Of a stretch of 64,000 nucleotides of DNA, positions 56,656-64,000 are shown one piece after another (positions within the stretch are counted from its first letter, which is position 1; each line of letters begins with the position of its first letter). The position numbers and the translations under genes were made by a program. The notes beneath the pieces were generated by a model. That model saw nothing but the letters and a program-made list of their open reading frames with translations, was not told the DNA's origin and ran no database searches. The DNA comes from Patescibacteria group bacterium (lineage in GTDB: Bacteria > Patescibacteriota > Patescibacteriia > UBA2591 > JAQUPP01). The stretch lies in assembly GCA_028716665.1 (NCBI GenBank), contig JAQUPP010000002.1:139717-203716 (forward strand). The letters run 5' to 3'.

Positions 56656-56711
56656 TAGAAAAAGCAGGCTGATTAGCATTATTACTTTATTAGTGTTAAA
56701 ATAATATTAAT

Positions 56712-57374
56712 ATGAAAATTACGCGATTTGCGCAATCTTGTGTTCTAATTGAAACAAAAAATAAAAGGATTTTAATTGATCCCGGAAATATTCAATACCA
56801 GGAATCATTTTTAAATAATGAATGGAAAGACGTTGATGTTTTATTGATTACACATAAACACGCGGATCATTGCCATATTGATGCTATTAAAGAAATTATA
56901 AAAAATAAAAAAACAAAGTTTTATACCACCCAAGAAGTTGCCGCCGCTTATCCGGAAATTCAATCAGAAATTATAAAGGAAGGTGATATTTTAAACTGCG
57001 ATGATATTAAAATTGAGGCAGTAAAGGCGATTCACGGTTATGTCCCTTTTCTTAAGGGCGATAAAGAAATAAAAGAAAATGTCGGATATATAATTGATGA
57101 TGGTGCTTGCAGAGTTTATCAAACCAGCGACACCATTTGTTTTAATAATAATTATAAGTGTGATGTTCTATTCGTGCCGGTTTGCGATCACGGTTTAGTG
57201 ATGGGTCCTTATGAGGCAGCATTGTTCACCAAAGAAACGGGTGCCAAATTAGTTGTGCCGATCCATTATGACAATCCGAAATATCCCGCTGATTTTGAGC
57301 GCGTGAAAAAAGAATTTGAAGCACAAGATTTGAATTTTAAATTTTTAACGATAGGAGAGAGTTTTATAAAATAA
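56712..57374 (+). CDS. MBL-fold metallo-hydrolase
   Basis: LITHKHADHC motif. Confidence 0.65.
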   Translation: MKITRFAQSCVLIETKNKRILIDPGNIQYQESFLNNEWKDVDVLLITHKHADHCHIDAIKEIIKNKKTKFYTTQEVAAAYPEIQSEIIKEGDILNCDDIKIEAVKAIHGYVPFLKGDKEIKENVGYIIDDGACRVYQTSDTICFNNNYKCDVLFVPVCDHGLVMGPYEAALFTKETGAKLVVPIHYDNPKYPADFERVKKEFEAQDLNFKFLTIGESFIK

Positions 57375-57381
57375 TATTAAT

Positions 57382-58146
57382 ATGAAACTAAACAATAAAA
57401 CAATCTTAATTTTTTTGATTGTAATAATGGTAATCGCAGTTTGTATTGTGCTATTTTCTTTTAATAAAATACAAAAAATATCAGATCAATATCGACAACC
57501 GAATTTACCGAAAACACAGCCGCAAACCGGATTGGCAAATCCCGCTTCGGTTAATTGCGTTAATAAAGGCGGAAATTTAGAAATAAAAACTGATTTAACC
57601 GGCGGCCAATACGGTCTTTGTGTTTTTTCAAGCGGCGCAAAATGCGAGGAATGGGCGTTATTTAGAGGGGAGTGCGGCGCGGAAAATCCGAATTATTGCG
57701 AGCAAGATTTAGACTGCGCTTGCGGGAAAAATAAAACAACCGATAACTGTTTTTATGGACAAAAAGAATTTGTAAACACAAATCAACAGTGTCCGGATTT
57801 TTGCAACGGAATTGCAGCCAATTTGGAAATAAAATGTGAAAATTATAAATGTACGCAGATTAATAAACTAAACCAAAAATGCACTGATTACAGCGTGGAA
57901 AATTGTCCAACTGATTGCGTAGTTTGTCCGCCTTGCGCCGAATGCAGTTCCATAAGCTGCCAATCAAAAGAATTTTGTAAAAATATCGGATTTGACAGCA
58001 GTTGGTATGAAAGCATTAAACATCAAAGCTCTGCAAAAAATTGCGAAGACCAGTGCGGGAACGGCATTTGTGAAGAAGTAGTTTGTTTGACTGTCGGTTG
58101 CCCGTGCGCGGAAACAAAAGAAACTTGTCCAAAAGATTGTAAATAA
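57382..58146 (+). CDS. Secreted DUF333-domain Cys-rich protein (paralog 1)
   Basis: NPASVNCVNKGGNLEI...GQYGLCVF..GAKCEEWALFRGECG matches DUF333; C-terminal CGNGICEEVVC...PCAETKETCPKDCK module. Confidence 0.6.
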   Translation: MKLNNKTILIFLIVIMVIAVCIVLFSFNKIQKISDQYRQPNLPKTQPQTGLANPASVNCVNKGGNLEIKTDLTGGQYGLCVFSSGAKCEEWALFRGECGAENPNYCEQDLDCACGKNKTTDNCFYGQKEFVNTNQQCPDFCNGIAANLEIKCENYKCTQINKLNQKCTDYSVENCPTDCVVCPPCAECSSISCQSKEFCKNIGFDSSWYESIKHQSSAKNCEDQCGNGICEEVVCLTVGCPCAETKETCPKDCK

Positions 58147-58154
58147 TTTAGATT

Positions 58155-58580
58155 ATGAAAGTAAATAAAAAATTAATTTTTAGCATTATAATTATTGCGG
58201 TTATTGCCGGAATAATTTTGTTATGTTGTTTATGGAAAAGTGGTTATTGGCAAAAGAAAAAAATAAATCAAATTCAAGAGCAATTTAAAAATCAGTCCCA
58301 ATCGCAAACCGGAATGGTCAATCCAGCTTCAAAATATTGCGTTGAACAAAACGGAACATTGGAAATAAGAAAAAATGAAGCAGGCGAGTATGGAGTTTGT
58401 GTTTTCGCGAATGGCACCGAGTGCGATGAATGGGAATTTTTTCGCGGAGAATGCAAGGTAGAAAGAGATAAATGTGTTGATTTATGCGGAGATCAAATAT
58501 GTCAAGAAGTTGTTTGCAAGGAAATAGGGAGTCCTTGCGCGGAAACAAAAGAAACTTGTCCGGCAGATTGTAAAAAATAA
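58155..58580 (+). CDS. Secreted DUF333-domain Cys-rich protein (paralog 2)
   Basis: NPASKYCVEQNGTLEI...GEYGVCVF..GTECDEWEFFRGEC; same C-terminal Cys module. Confidence 0.6.
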   Translation: MKVNKKLIFSIIIIAVIAGIILLCCLWKSGYWQKKKINQIQEQFKNQSQSQTGMVNPASKYCVEQNGTLEIRKNEAGEYGVCVFANGTECDEWEFFRGECKVERDKCVDLCGDQICQEVVCKEIGSPCAETKETCPADCKK

Positions 58581-58611
58581 CTTTAAAAAATTAAAATAAA
58601 AAATATTATTT

Positions 58612-59061
58612 ATGATTTATTTAGGGGCGGATCACGCCGGATTCAAATTAAAAGAAGAAATAAAAAAATATTTAAAAAATTCAGGTTTTAAATATCAAGA
58701 TTTAGGTAATCAAATTTTTGATTCAGAGGATGATTATCCGGACTTTGCTTATCAAGTGGCGAAGAAAGTGGCTCAAGAAAAAAATTCCAAAGGAATTTTA
58801 TTTTGCGGCACCGGTCAAGGAATGGCCTTGGCGGCCAATAAAGTAAAAGGAATCTATGCCATGCCGGCCTGGAATAAATTAACCGCCAAGCACGCGGCAG
58901 ATCATAATCAAGCCAATATTTTAACTTTGGGCGGACACATTACTTCAACTAAATCGGCCAAAGAAATAATTAAAATTTGGTTAAAAACCAAACCGTTGAA
59001 AAATATAAAATATTCAAGAAGAATTAATAAAATAAAGAGTTTTGAAAATGAATTAAAATAA
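58612..59061 (+). CDS. rpiB: Ribose-5-phosphate isomerase B
   Basis: IYLGADHAGF...ILFCGTGQGMALAANKVKGI. Confidence 0.85.
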   Translation: MIYLGADHAGFKLKEEIKKYLKNSGFKYQDLGNQIFDSEDDYPDFAYQVAKKVAQEKNSKGILFCGTGQGMALAANKVKGIYAMPAWNKLTAKHAADHNQANILTLGGHITSTKSAKEIIKIWLKTKPLKNIKYSRRINKIKSFENELK

Positions 59062-59106
59062 TCCGAATCTGCGAATGTATCCGAATGCTACAAATAAATA
59101 AAAATT

Positions 59107-60936
59107 ATGAGCAGCGTCATTGACGAGATAAAATCTAAATTGGATATTGTTGATGTTCTGTCCGAATATATCCAACTCAAACAGGCGGGCGCCAATTTCA
59201 GAGCGGTTTGTCCATTTCATCGCGAGAAGACGCCGTCATTTTTTATTTCTCCGGAAAGGCAAATTTGGCATTGCTTCGGGTGCGGCAAGGGAGGAGATAT
59301 TTTTGGTTTTATCAGAGAAATAGAAGGGGTGGAATTTCCGGAAGCTTTGAGAATTTTGGCTCAGCGCGCCGGAGTTAAAATTGAAAAATATAATCAGGCC
59401 GAAGTCAGCCAAAAAACAAAATTACAGGATATTTGTTCCATTTCGGCAAAATTTTATCATAAAATTCTTTTGGAATCTTCCTCCGCGGAAAAAGCCCGTC
59501 AATATCTTAAAGAAAGGGAATTGGATCAAAAAACCATTGCCGAATTTCAATTGGGTTTTGCGCCGGAAAAAGGAAATTTGCTTTTGGAGTTTCTTTCAAA
59601 AAGAGGTTATAAGCCGGCCGAGATTGAAGCGTCAGGCATGATTATCAAGTCAACTCATCAATCTTCATATTATGATCGTTTTCGCAGTCGGATAATGTTT
59701 CCGATTTTTAATCTTTTCGGCCAAGTGGTCGGTTTCACGGGAAGAGTTATGCCCGCCTTCTCCGACCAGCTGGCGGATACGGCGGGCAGGCCCGTCGATG
59801 AACAAAAAGAAGTGGCAAAATATATCAATACGCCGGAAACTCAAATTTACAGCAAGAGCCGCGTTTTATACGGTTTGGATAAGGCCAAATTAGAAATTAA
59901 ACTCCAAGATTTTGTTATTTTAGTTGAAGGGAATATGGACGTGATCGCTTGCCATCAATTCGGCACCAAAAATGTGGTTTGCACTTCGGGCACGGCTTTA
60001 ACCTCGGAACAGATCAAGCTTTTAAAACGTTACACGCCAAATATAATTTTAGCTTTTGATGTTGATTTGGCCGGTCAAAATGCCACTCAAAGAGGCATAG
60101 ATTTATTGCTTCAAGAAGATTTGAATGTTAAAATTCTTCATTTGTTATCCGGAAAAGATCCTGACGAATGTATCAGGAAAACACCGGAGATTTGGCAAAA
60201 AGCCATTAAAGAACCATTGCCGATTATGGAATATTATTTTTCTTCGGCCATTGCTCGCGTTAATCCGGATTCAAAAATTTTAAGTATTGAAAATAAAAAG
60301 CAAGTTTCACAAATTTTATTGCCTTTTATCGCCAAATTGGGCAGTCCGGTTGAACAAGGCCTCTGGGTAAAAAAACTCAGCAATGATTTGGATATTTCCG
60401 AAATTTCTTTACACGATGCTTTGAAAAAAATTAAATTGCCACAAAAAAATAAAGAAAAAGATAATTCGGAAGCCAATGAAAAACCATCAAGCGAAGAACA
60501 AGTAGGCGATATGCTGCTCGGCTTGATTTTAAAATATCCGGAAAAAGGAGAAATAGCGAGCAAATTGATTTTTGATATGTTCATTAGGCCCAGGGCTCAA
60601 ACCCTTGCCAAAATCATAAAAGAATGTTATATTAAGAATAATAAAATTGAAGTTGATCAAATTAAGGAAGAATTCAAAGACAAAGATTCGGAATATATTG
60701 ATTTTTTGTTTTTTTTGATTGAAAAGGAATTTGCCGGCCAAAAAGACAAAGAAATAGAAAAAGAATTCAATAATTTATTCCGCATTTTAAAAAAACGGCA
60801 TTTGGAAAAAAGAAGAGAAAAAGTGATGCTGGAATTGAAAGAAGCGGAAAAAAATAAAGATAAAGAAATGGTTGAAAAAATTATCAGGGAAATTACGGAA
60901 TTATCGCATGAAATAAATGTTTGCGACCATTCTTAA
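59107..60936 (+). CDS. dnaG: DNA primase
   Basis: Zinc finger CPFHREKTPSF...WHCFGCGKGGD, Toprim EGNMDV...DVDLAG. Confidence 0.92.
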   Translation: MSSVIDEIKSKLDIVDVLSEYIQLKQAGANFRAVCPFHREKTPSFFISPERQIWHCFGCGKGGDIFGFIREIEGVEFPEALRILAQRAGVKIEKYNQAEVSQKTKLQDICSISAKFYHKILLESSSAEKARQYLKERELDQKTIAEFQLGFAPEKGNLLLEFLSKRGYKPAEIEASGMIIKSTHQSSYYDRFRSRIMFPIFNLFGQVVGFTGRVMPAFSDQLADTAGRPVDEQKEVAKYINTPETQIYSKSRVLYGLDKAKLEIKLQDFVILVEGNMDVIACHQFGTKNVVCTSGTALTSEQIKLLKRYTPNIILAFDVDLAGQNATQRGIDLLLQEDLNVKILHLLSGKDPDECIRKTPEIWQKAIKEPLPIMEYYFSSAIARVNPDSKILSIENKKQVSQILLPFIAKLGSPVEQGLWVKKLSNDLDISEISLHDALKKIKLPQKNKEKDNSEANEKPSSEEQVGDMLLGLILKYPEKGEIASKLIFDMFIRPRAQTLAKIIKECYIKNNKIEVDQIKEEFKDKDSEYIDFLFFLIEKEFAGQKDKEIEKEFNNLFRILKKRHLEKRREKVMLELKEAEKNKDKEMVEKIIREITELSHEINVCDHS

Positions 60937-60976
60937 AGTTTAATTTTGATAAGACGAATAAAATTTAATAAAGTTC

Positions 60977-61888
60977 ATGAAATTTAAAATAGTCAGTGAT
61001 TATAAAGAAGCCAAAGAATTATGGCAGATGTTCAGTCCTAATCAATGCCTGTGGGATCTATGGGAAGTCAGGGATTGTTTTATCAGGGGTACGAATTATC
61101 CGTTATATTTTATCGTTGGTTACGAAGGAGATGAAATCTTGGGCATTTTGCCGTTATGGTATAATCCGGATCAAAAATATTATTCTTTCATCGGCGATGA
61201 TTTGCCGGAAGAAAATAAATTATTTTTAAAAGATAAAAAGCTTTTGCCTGAATTTTTGAAACAATGTCCAGACAGGACTTATCTGGAATATCTTAATCAA
61301 GATGATAAGAATTTTTTCCCTTCTTTCAAAATTGTAGTTCATCCGGATGATTGTTATTATCACTTGAATTTGACAGGCTTTAATTCTTTTGAAGATTATT
61401 TGCAAAGCTTTGGTAAAAAACATCGCAAAAATCTTAAATACGATCTTAACGGTTTGTCGGTTCAAGGTTTTACCGCTGACTTGGAAAATAATTTTGAAGA
61501 AAATATTATTGATATTATTTCTCGTTATAATTTAGGGCGATTTAAAGATGATTCTTTTTTTGCCACTCCCAGTTTTAGCAAGAGTTTATTAAATTTAATT
61601 CTTTTGACTAAGGAAAAAGGGGAGCTGCACATGGTTGTTATTAAAAAATTAAATCAGATATACGGCGCGCAATTTGCCATTCTCCATAAGGGTGTTTATA
61701 CTGTTATTATGGGCGGACATGATTCAAGTATAAAAAATTTAGGCAAATTATTGACAGTCGGTCATATCAAAAATGCCGTCAATTTGGGCATTCAAGAAAT
61801 AGATTTTATGGCTGGCGGAGAGTGGAAACAATTATGGCAGATGTTCGGAAGCGACGTTTACGAATGGGATAATTCGACCGGCAATTAA
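60977..61888 (+). CDS. Hypothetical protein, possibly FemAB/CelD-like (Acetyltransf_6) GNAT-fold
   Basis: Weak pattern similarity only; located between dnaG and rpoD. Confidence 0.3.
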   Translation: MKFKIVSDYKEAKELWQMFSPNQCLWDLWEVRDCFIRGTNYPLYFIVGYEGDEILGILPLWYNPDQKYYSFIGDDLPEENKLFLKDKKLLPEFLKQCPDRTYLEYLNQDDKNFFPSFKIVVHPDDCYYHLNLTGFNSFEDYLQSFGKKHRKNLKYDLNGLSVQGFTADLENNFEENIIDIISRYNLGRFKDDSFFATPSFSKSLLNLILLTKEKGELHMVVIKKLNQIYGAQFAILHKGVYTVIMGGHDSSIKNLGKLLTVGHIKNAVNLGIQEIDFMAGGEWKQLWQMFGSDVYEWDNSTGN

Positions 61889-61901
61889 GAAAAATAATAT
61901 T

Positions 61902-63137
61902 TTGTTTTTTATTTTTAATTCCGTTAAGGCGGAAAAAAAATCAATGAAATCAAATCATAAACAAAAAATCAACAAGAAAAAATCAGTTAAAATAGTGAAG
62001 AAGGCTTCCAAAAAAGTTTATAATTCTGATCATCAAGATAATGCTTCGCGAATAAAATGGCCGGAACAAGAAGCTCAGGCATTAATCAATAAGGGCAGAC
62101 AGAGAAGTTTTGTGACAGAAAAAGAACTTTTTTATACTTTTCCCCGCTGTGAGAAATATTTGAATGAATATGAAGACTTTTTGGATTATATGGAAAGAAT
62201 GGGAATCAAAATCATTGAATCTCCGGAAGGATTTTTGGAAAAACCTCATAAAAAAGAAGAAAAGAAATCAGGAAAGGATGGGGGATTAATGTTTGATTTA
62301 AGCCAGCTTTCATCCGATTCAATTCAAATGTATTTAAAAGAAATTGGACGCGTTCCATTATTAACCCCGGGCGAAGAAGTGGAATATGCGAAGGCTAAAG
62401 ATAAGGGGGATCATAAATCATCTCAAAAATTAATAGAAGCGAACTTGCGTTTGGTTGTCAGTATTGCCAAGAAATTTACCGGTTATGGACTAAGTTTTTT
62501 AGATTTGATTCAAGAAGGCAATATCGGTTTGTTCAAAGCCGTGGAGAAATATGATTGGAAAAGGGGTTATAAATTTTCCACTTATGCCACTTGGTGGATT
62601 AAACAAGCGGTCACTAGAGCTCTGGCGGATCAATCAAGAACAATCAGAATTCCAGTTCACGTGGTGGAAACTTTAAGCAAATTCCAACAAGCCACTCGCT
62701 GGTTGGCTCAGCAACTTGGACGTCAGCCGACTCCGGAAGAAGTGGCAAGCGAATTAAGCATTCCGATTGATGAGTCAAGATATTTAATGAAAATTTCTCA
62801 AGAAACGGTTTCGCTTGAAACCACAGTTGGCGACGACGAAGACAGCGACACGGAATTGGGAGATTTTATTGAAGATGTCAAAACTTTAACTCCGGATCGT
62901 TCCGCCGCCTTGAAATTATTAAGAGATTATATTAAAGAAATTGTCGTTGACTTGCCTCAGCGCGAAAGAAAAATTTTGGATATGCGTTTCGGTTTAACCG
63001 ATGGCGCCGCCCATACCTTGGAAGAGGTGGGGCAAGTTTTCTGTGTTACTCGTGAAAGAATTCGTCAAATTGAATCTAAAGCATTGGAGCGAATGAGAGA
63101 ATTCAAGGGTATTGAAAAAATTAAAGACTATTACTAA
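61902..63137 (+). CDS. rpoD: RNA polymerase sigma-70 (primary sigma factor)
   Basis: Regions 1.2 ([12 protein letters not shown]), 2.x ([16 protein letters not shown]...[13 protein letters not shown]), 3, 4 ([23 protein letters not shown]). Confidence 0.93.
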   Translation: MFFIFNSVKAEKKSMKSNHKQKINKKKSVKIVKKASKKVYNSDHQDNASRIKWPEQEAQALINKGRQRSFVTEKELFYTFPRCEKYLNEYEDFLDYMERMGIKIIESPEGFLEKPHKKEEKKSGKDGGLMFDLSQLSSDSIQMYLKEIGRVPLLTPGEEVEYAKAKDKGDHKSSQKLIEANLRLVVSIAKKFTGYGLSFLDLIQEGNIGLFKAVEKYDWKRGYKFSTYATWWIKQAVTRALADQSRTIRIPVHVVETLSKFQQATRWLAQQLGRQPTPEEVASELSIPIDESRYLMKISQETVSLETTVGDDEDSDTELGDFIEDVKTLTPDRSAALKLLRDYIKEIVVDLPQRERKILDMRFGLTDGAAHTLEEVGQVFCVTRERIRQIESKALERMREFKGIEKIKDYY

Positions 63138-63197
63138 TTTGCAGAGCAAATTAGTAACCAATAACAAAAGACGAATAACTAATAACCACCAATAACT

Positions 63198-63554
63198 ATG
63201 TTTCGCTTTCAGAAATGGAATATTTATAATGAAACGAGAAAGTTAAGATTGGATATTAAAAGAAATTTATTACCAAAAATTTCATCTGCAGAAAAATATA
63301 TTTTAATACCTCAAATTGAGAGAGCAATTAATTCAATTATTTTAAATATTGCCGAGGGTTCATATAGAAAGTCTGATAAAGATTTTGCTCATTTTCTTAA
63401 TCAAGCGATAGCATCTCTTTATGAGGTTGTAGCCTGCCTTGATCTTATGTTGGATAGTTGTTATATTAATGAGGAAGATCATAGTAAATATTTGTTTCAA
63501 TTAGAGAATATCGCTAGACAAATTAGCGCTTTTACTCGATCATTAAAGAAATAA
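63198..63554 (+). CDS. Four-helix-bundle protein (TIGR02436 family, 23S-rRNA-IVS-type protein), stand-alone and flanked by short inverted repeats
   Basis: LNIAEGSYRKSDKDFAHFLNQAIASLYEV matches family signature; IRs aataactaataac (63170) / gttattagttatt (63563). Confidence 0.75.
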   Translation: MFRFQKWNIYNETRKLRLDIKRNLLPKISSAEKYILIPQIERAINSIILNIAEGSYRKSDKDFAHFLNQAIASLYEVVACLDLMLDSCYINEEDHSKYLFQLENIARQISAFTRSLKK

Positions 63555-63613
63555 TATTTTGTTATTAGTTATTTGTTCTTTGTTATTTGTAAAATTGTTT
63601 TAGCAATTTTTAT

Positions 63614-63939
63614 TCCGGCGTAGCTCAATGGTAGAGCAGCTGGCTGTCAAAAAAAGGCAGCCCTCCGAAGTAATTCGGGGTAGAAAAATAGGGTGAAATC
63701 GGGGAAACCCCACTGGGGCAATCCCGAGCCAAGCCTTAACCTATAAAGTTAAGGAAGGTGTAGAGACTATCCATTTATGGAGTAGCCGATCAACTTGTTG
63801 ATGTAGGCGAAGCGCCCTATCCCGCACAGAATTTAATATTTTATTAAATTCTACGGGAATGATATAGTCCACGCTTAGAAGCAATTCTAGGATAAGTGTA
63901 ACCAGCTTGTTGTGGGTTCGATTCCCTCCGCCGGAGCCA
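63614..63939 (+). tRNA. tRNA-Asn (anticodon GUU) interrupted by group I intron; exon1 63614-63647, exon2 63899-63936 (+CCA to 63939)
   Basis: Exons fold as tRNA with U1-A72, G73, D-stem gctc/gagc, anticodon stem gctgg/ccagc, loop cuGU|Uaa, T-arm gtggg-ttcgatt-ccctc. Confidence 0.7.
63648..63898 (+). ncRNA. Group I self-splicing intron (IC3-like, tRNA-intron family), 251 nt
   Basis: Hallmark P3/P7 sequences GGCAATCCCGAGCCAAGCC and AAGGTGTAGAGACTATCCATTTATGG (cf. trnL intron GCAAUCCUGAGCCAA / AGGUGCAGAGACUCAAUGG); P1 exon ggcugU pairs with intron gcagcc (U.G at splice site); intron ends with G. Confidence 0.75.
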
Positions 63940-64000
63940 AATATTCTTGTGAAAGCGACCCGTCCCCGTCAGGGAATTGGTCAATAAAAATAAGGGTTTT

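Overview
This is a low-GC (~33%) bacterial window with almost every gene on the + strand. It carries housekeeping genes typical of a reduced genome. Patescibacteria/CPR affiliation is my inference only; the evidence is lysine-rich protein tails, a stand-alone four-helix-bundle (TIGR02436-type) gene, an RpoA without a C-terminal domain, and a tRNA group I intron.

Core genes that I recognise from conserved motifs:
- lepB, hisS, a MiaB-like methylthiotransferase, an ATP-cone/uridine-kinase fusion, and a PNP/UDP-family phosphorylase.
- ferredoxin followed by porC, porD and porA, with no porB.
- ybeY, dgkA, ftsA and ftsZ.
- gyrB, secE, nusG, rplK, rplA and tmk, with cysS on the minus strand.
- murB, infA, rpmJ, rpsM, rpsK, rpsD, rpoA, rplQ, rplM and def.
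- tRNA-Gly, tRNA-Thr and tRNA-Ser.
- ftsE, a NIF3-family gene, groES, groEL, ppsA and a patatin-like gene.
- a Dus-family gene, an MsbA-like ABC exporter, rpiB, dnaG, rpoD, and a tRNA-Asn interrupted by a group I intron.

The most striking structure is an accessory island of about 8.5 kb between ftsZ and gyrB (12397-20885). The last ~66 nt of ftsZ, which encode the C-terminal EIPAYLRKKKM* tail, are reiterated four times as direct repeats, and these delimit cassette-like segments.
- Segment 1 holds a class II Fic gene behind a sigma-70 promoter overlaid with three CGTGAAAA operator-like repeats.
- Segment 2 holds a tight two-gene operon of a stand-alone WYL-domain protein and a NYN/LabA-like predicted RNase.
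- Segment 3 holds a TPR protein and an SppA-like peptidase.
- Segment 4 holds an OLD-family-like ABC-ATPase fused to a Toprim-like domain, and a secreted protein built from thrombospondin-type-1-like Cys repeats with an SH3b domain.
- I think this is a recombination or integration hotspot carrying candidate defence or toxin modules.

Other notable items:
- A group I intron of about 251 nt sits in the anticodon loop of a tRNA-Asn(GUU).
- A GC-rich segment of about 48 nt, nearly identical, is embedded in frame in both cysS and a NIF3-family gene.
- A repeat of about 175 nt with terminal inverted repeats, MITE-like or ncRNA-like, is present in two copies.
- Several GC-rich structured non-coding islands stand out: upstream of hisS, in the groEL 3' region, a promoter-to-terminator unit at 44.1-44.5 kb, and beside tRNA-Ser.
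- A possible small-molecule biosynthesis cluster spans 49.7-55.8 kb, comprising a PP2C-like protein, a methyltransferase, a radical SAM protein, MBL and RidA proteins, a DHQS-like protein and a class-III aminotransferase.

I found no CRISPR array and no rRNA.
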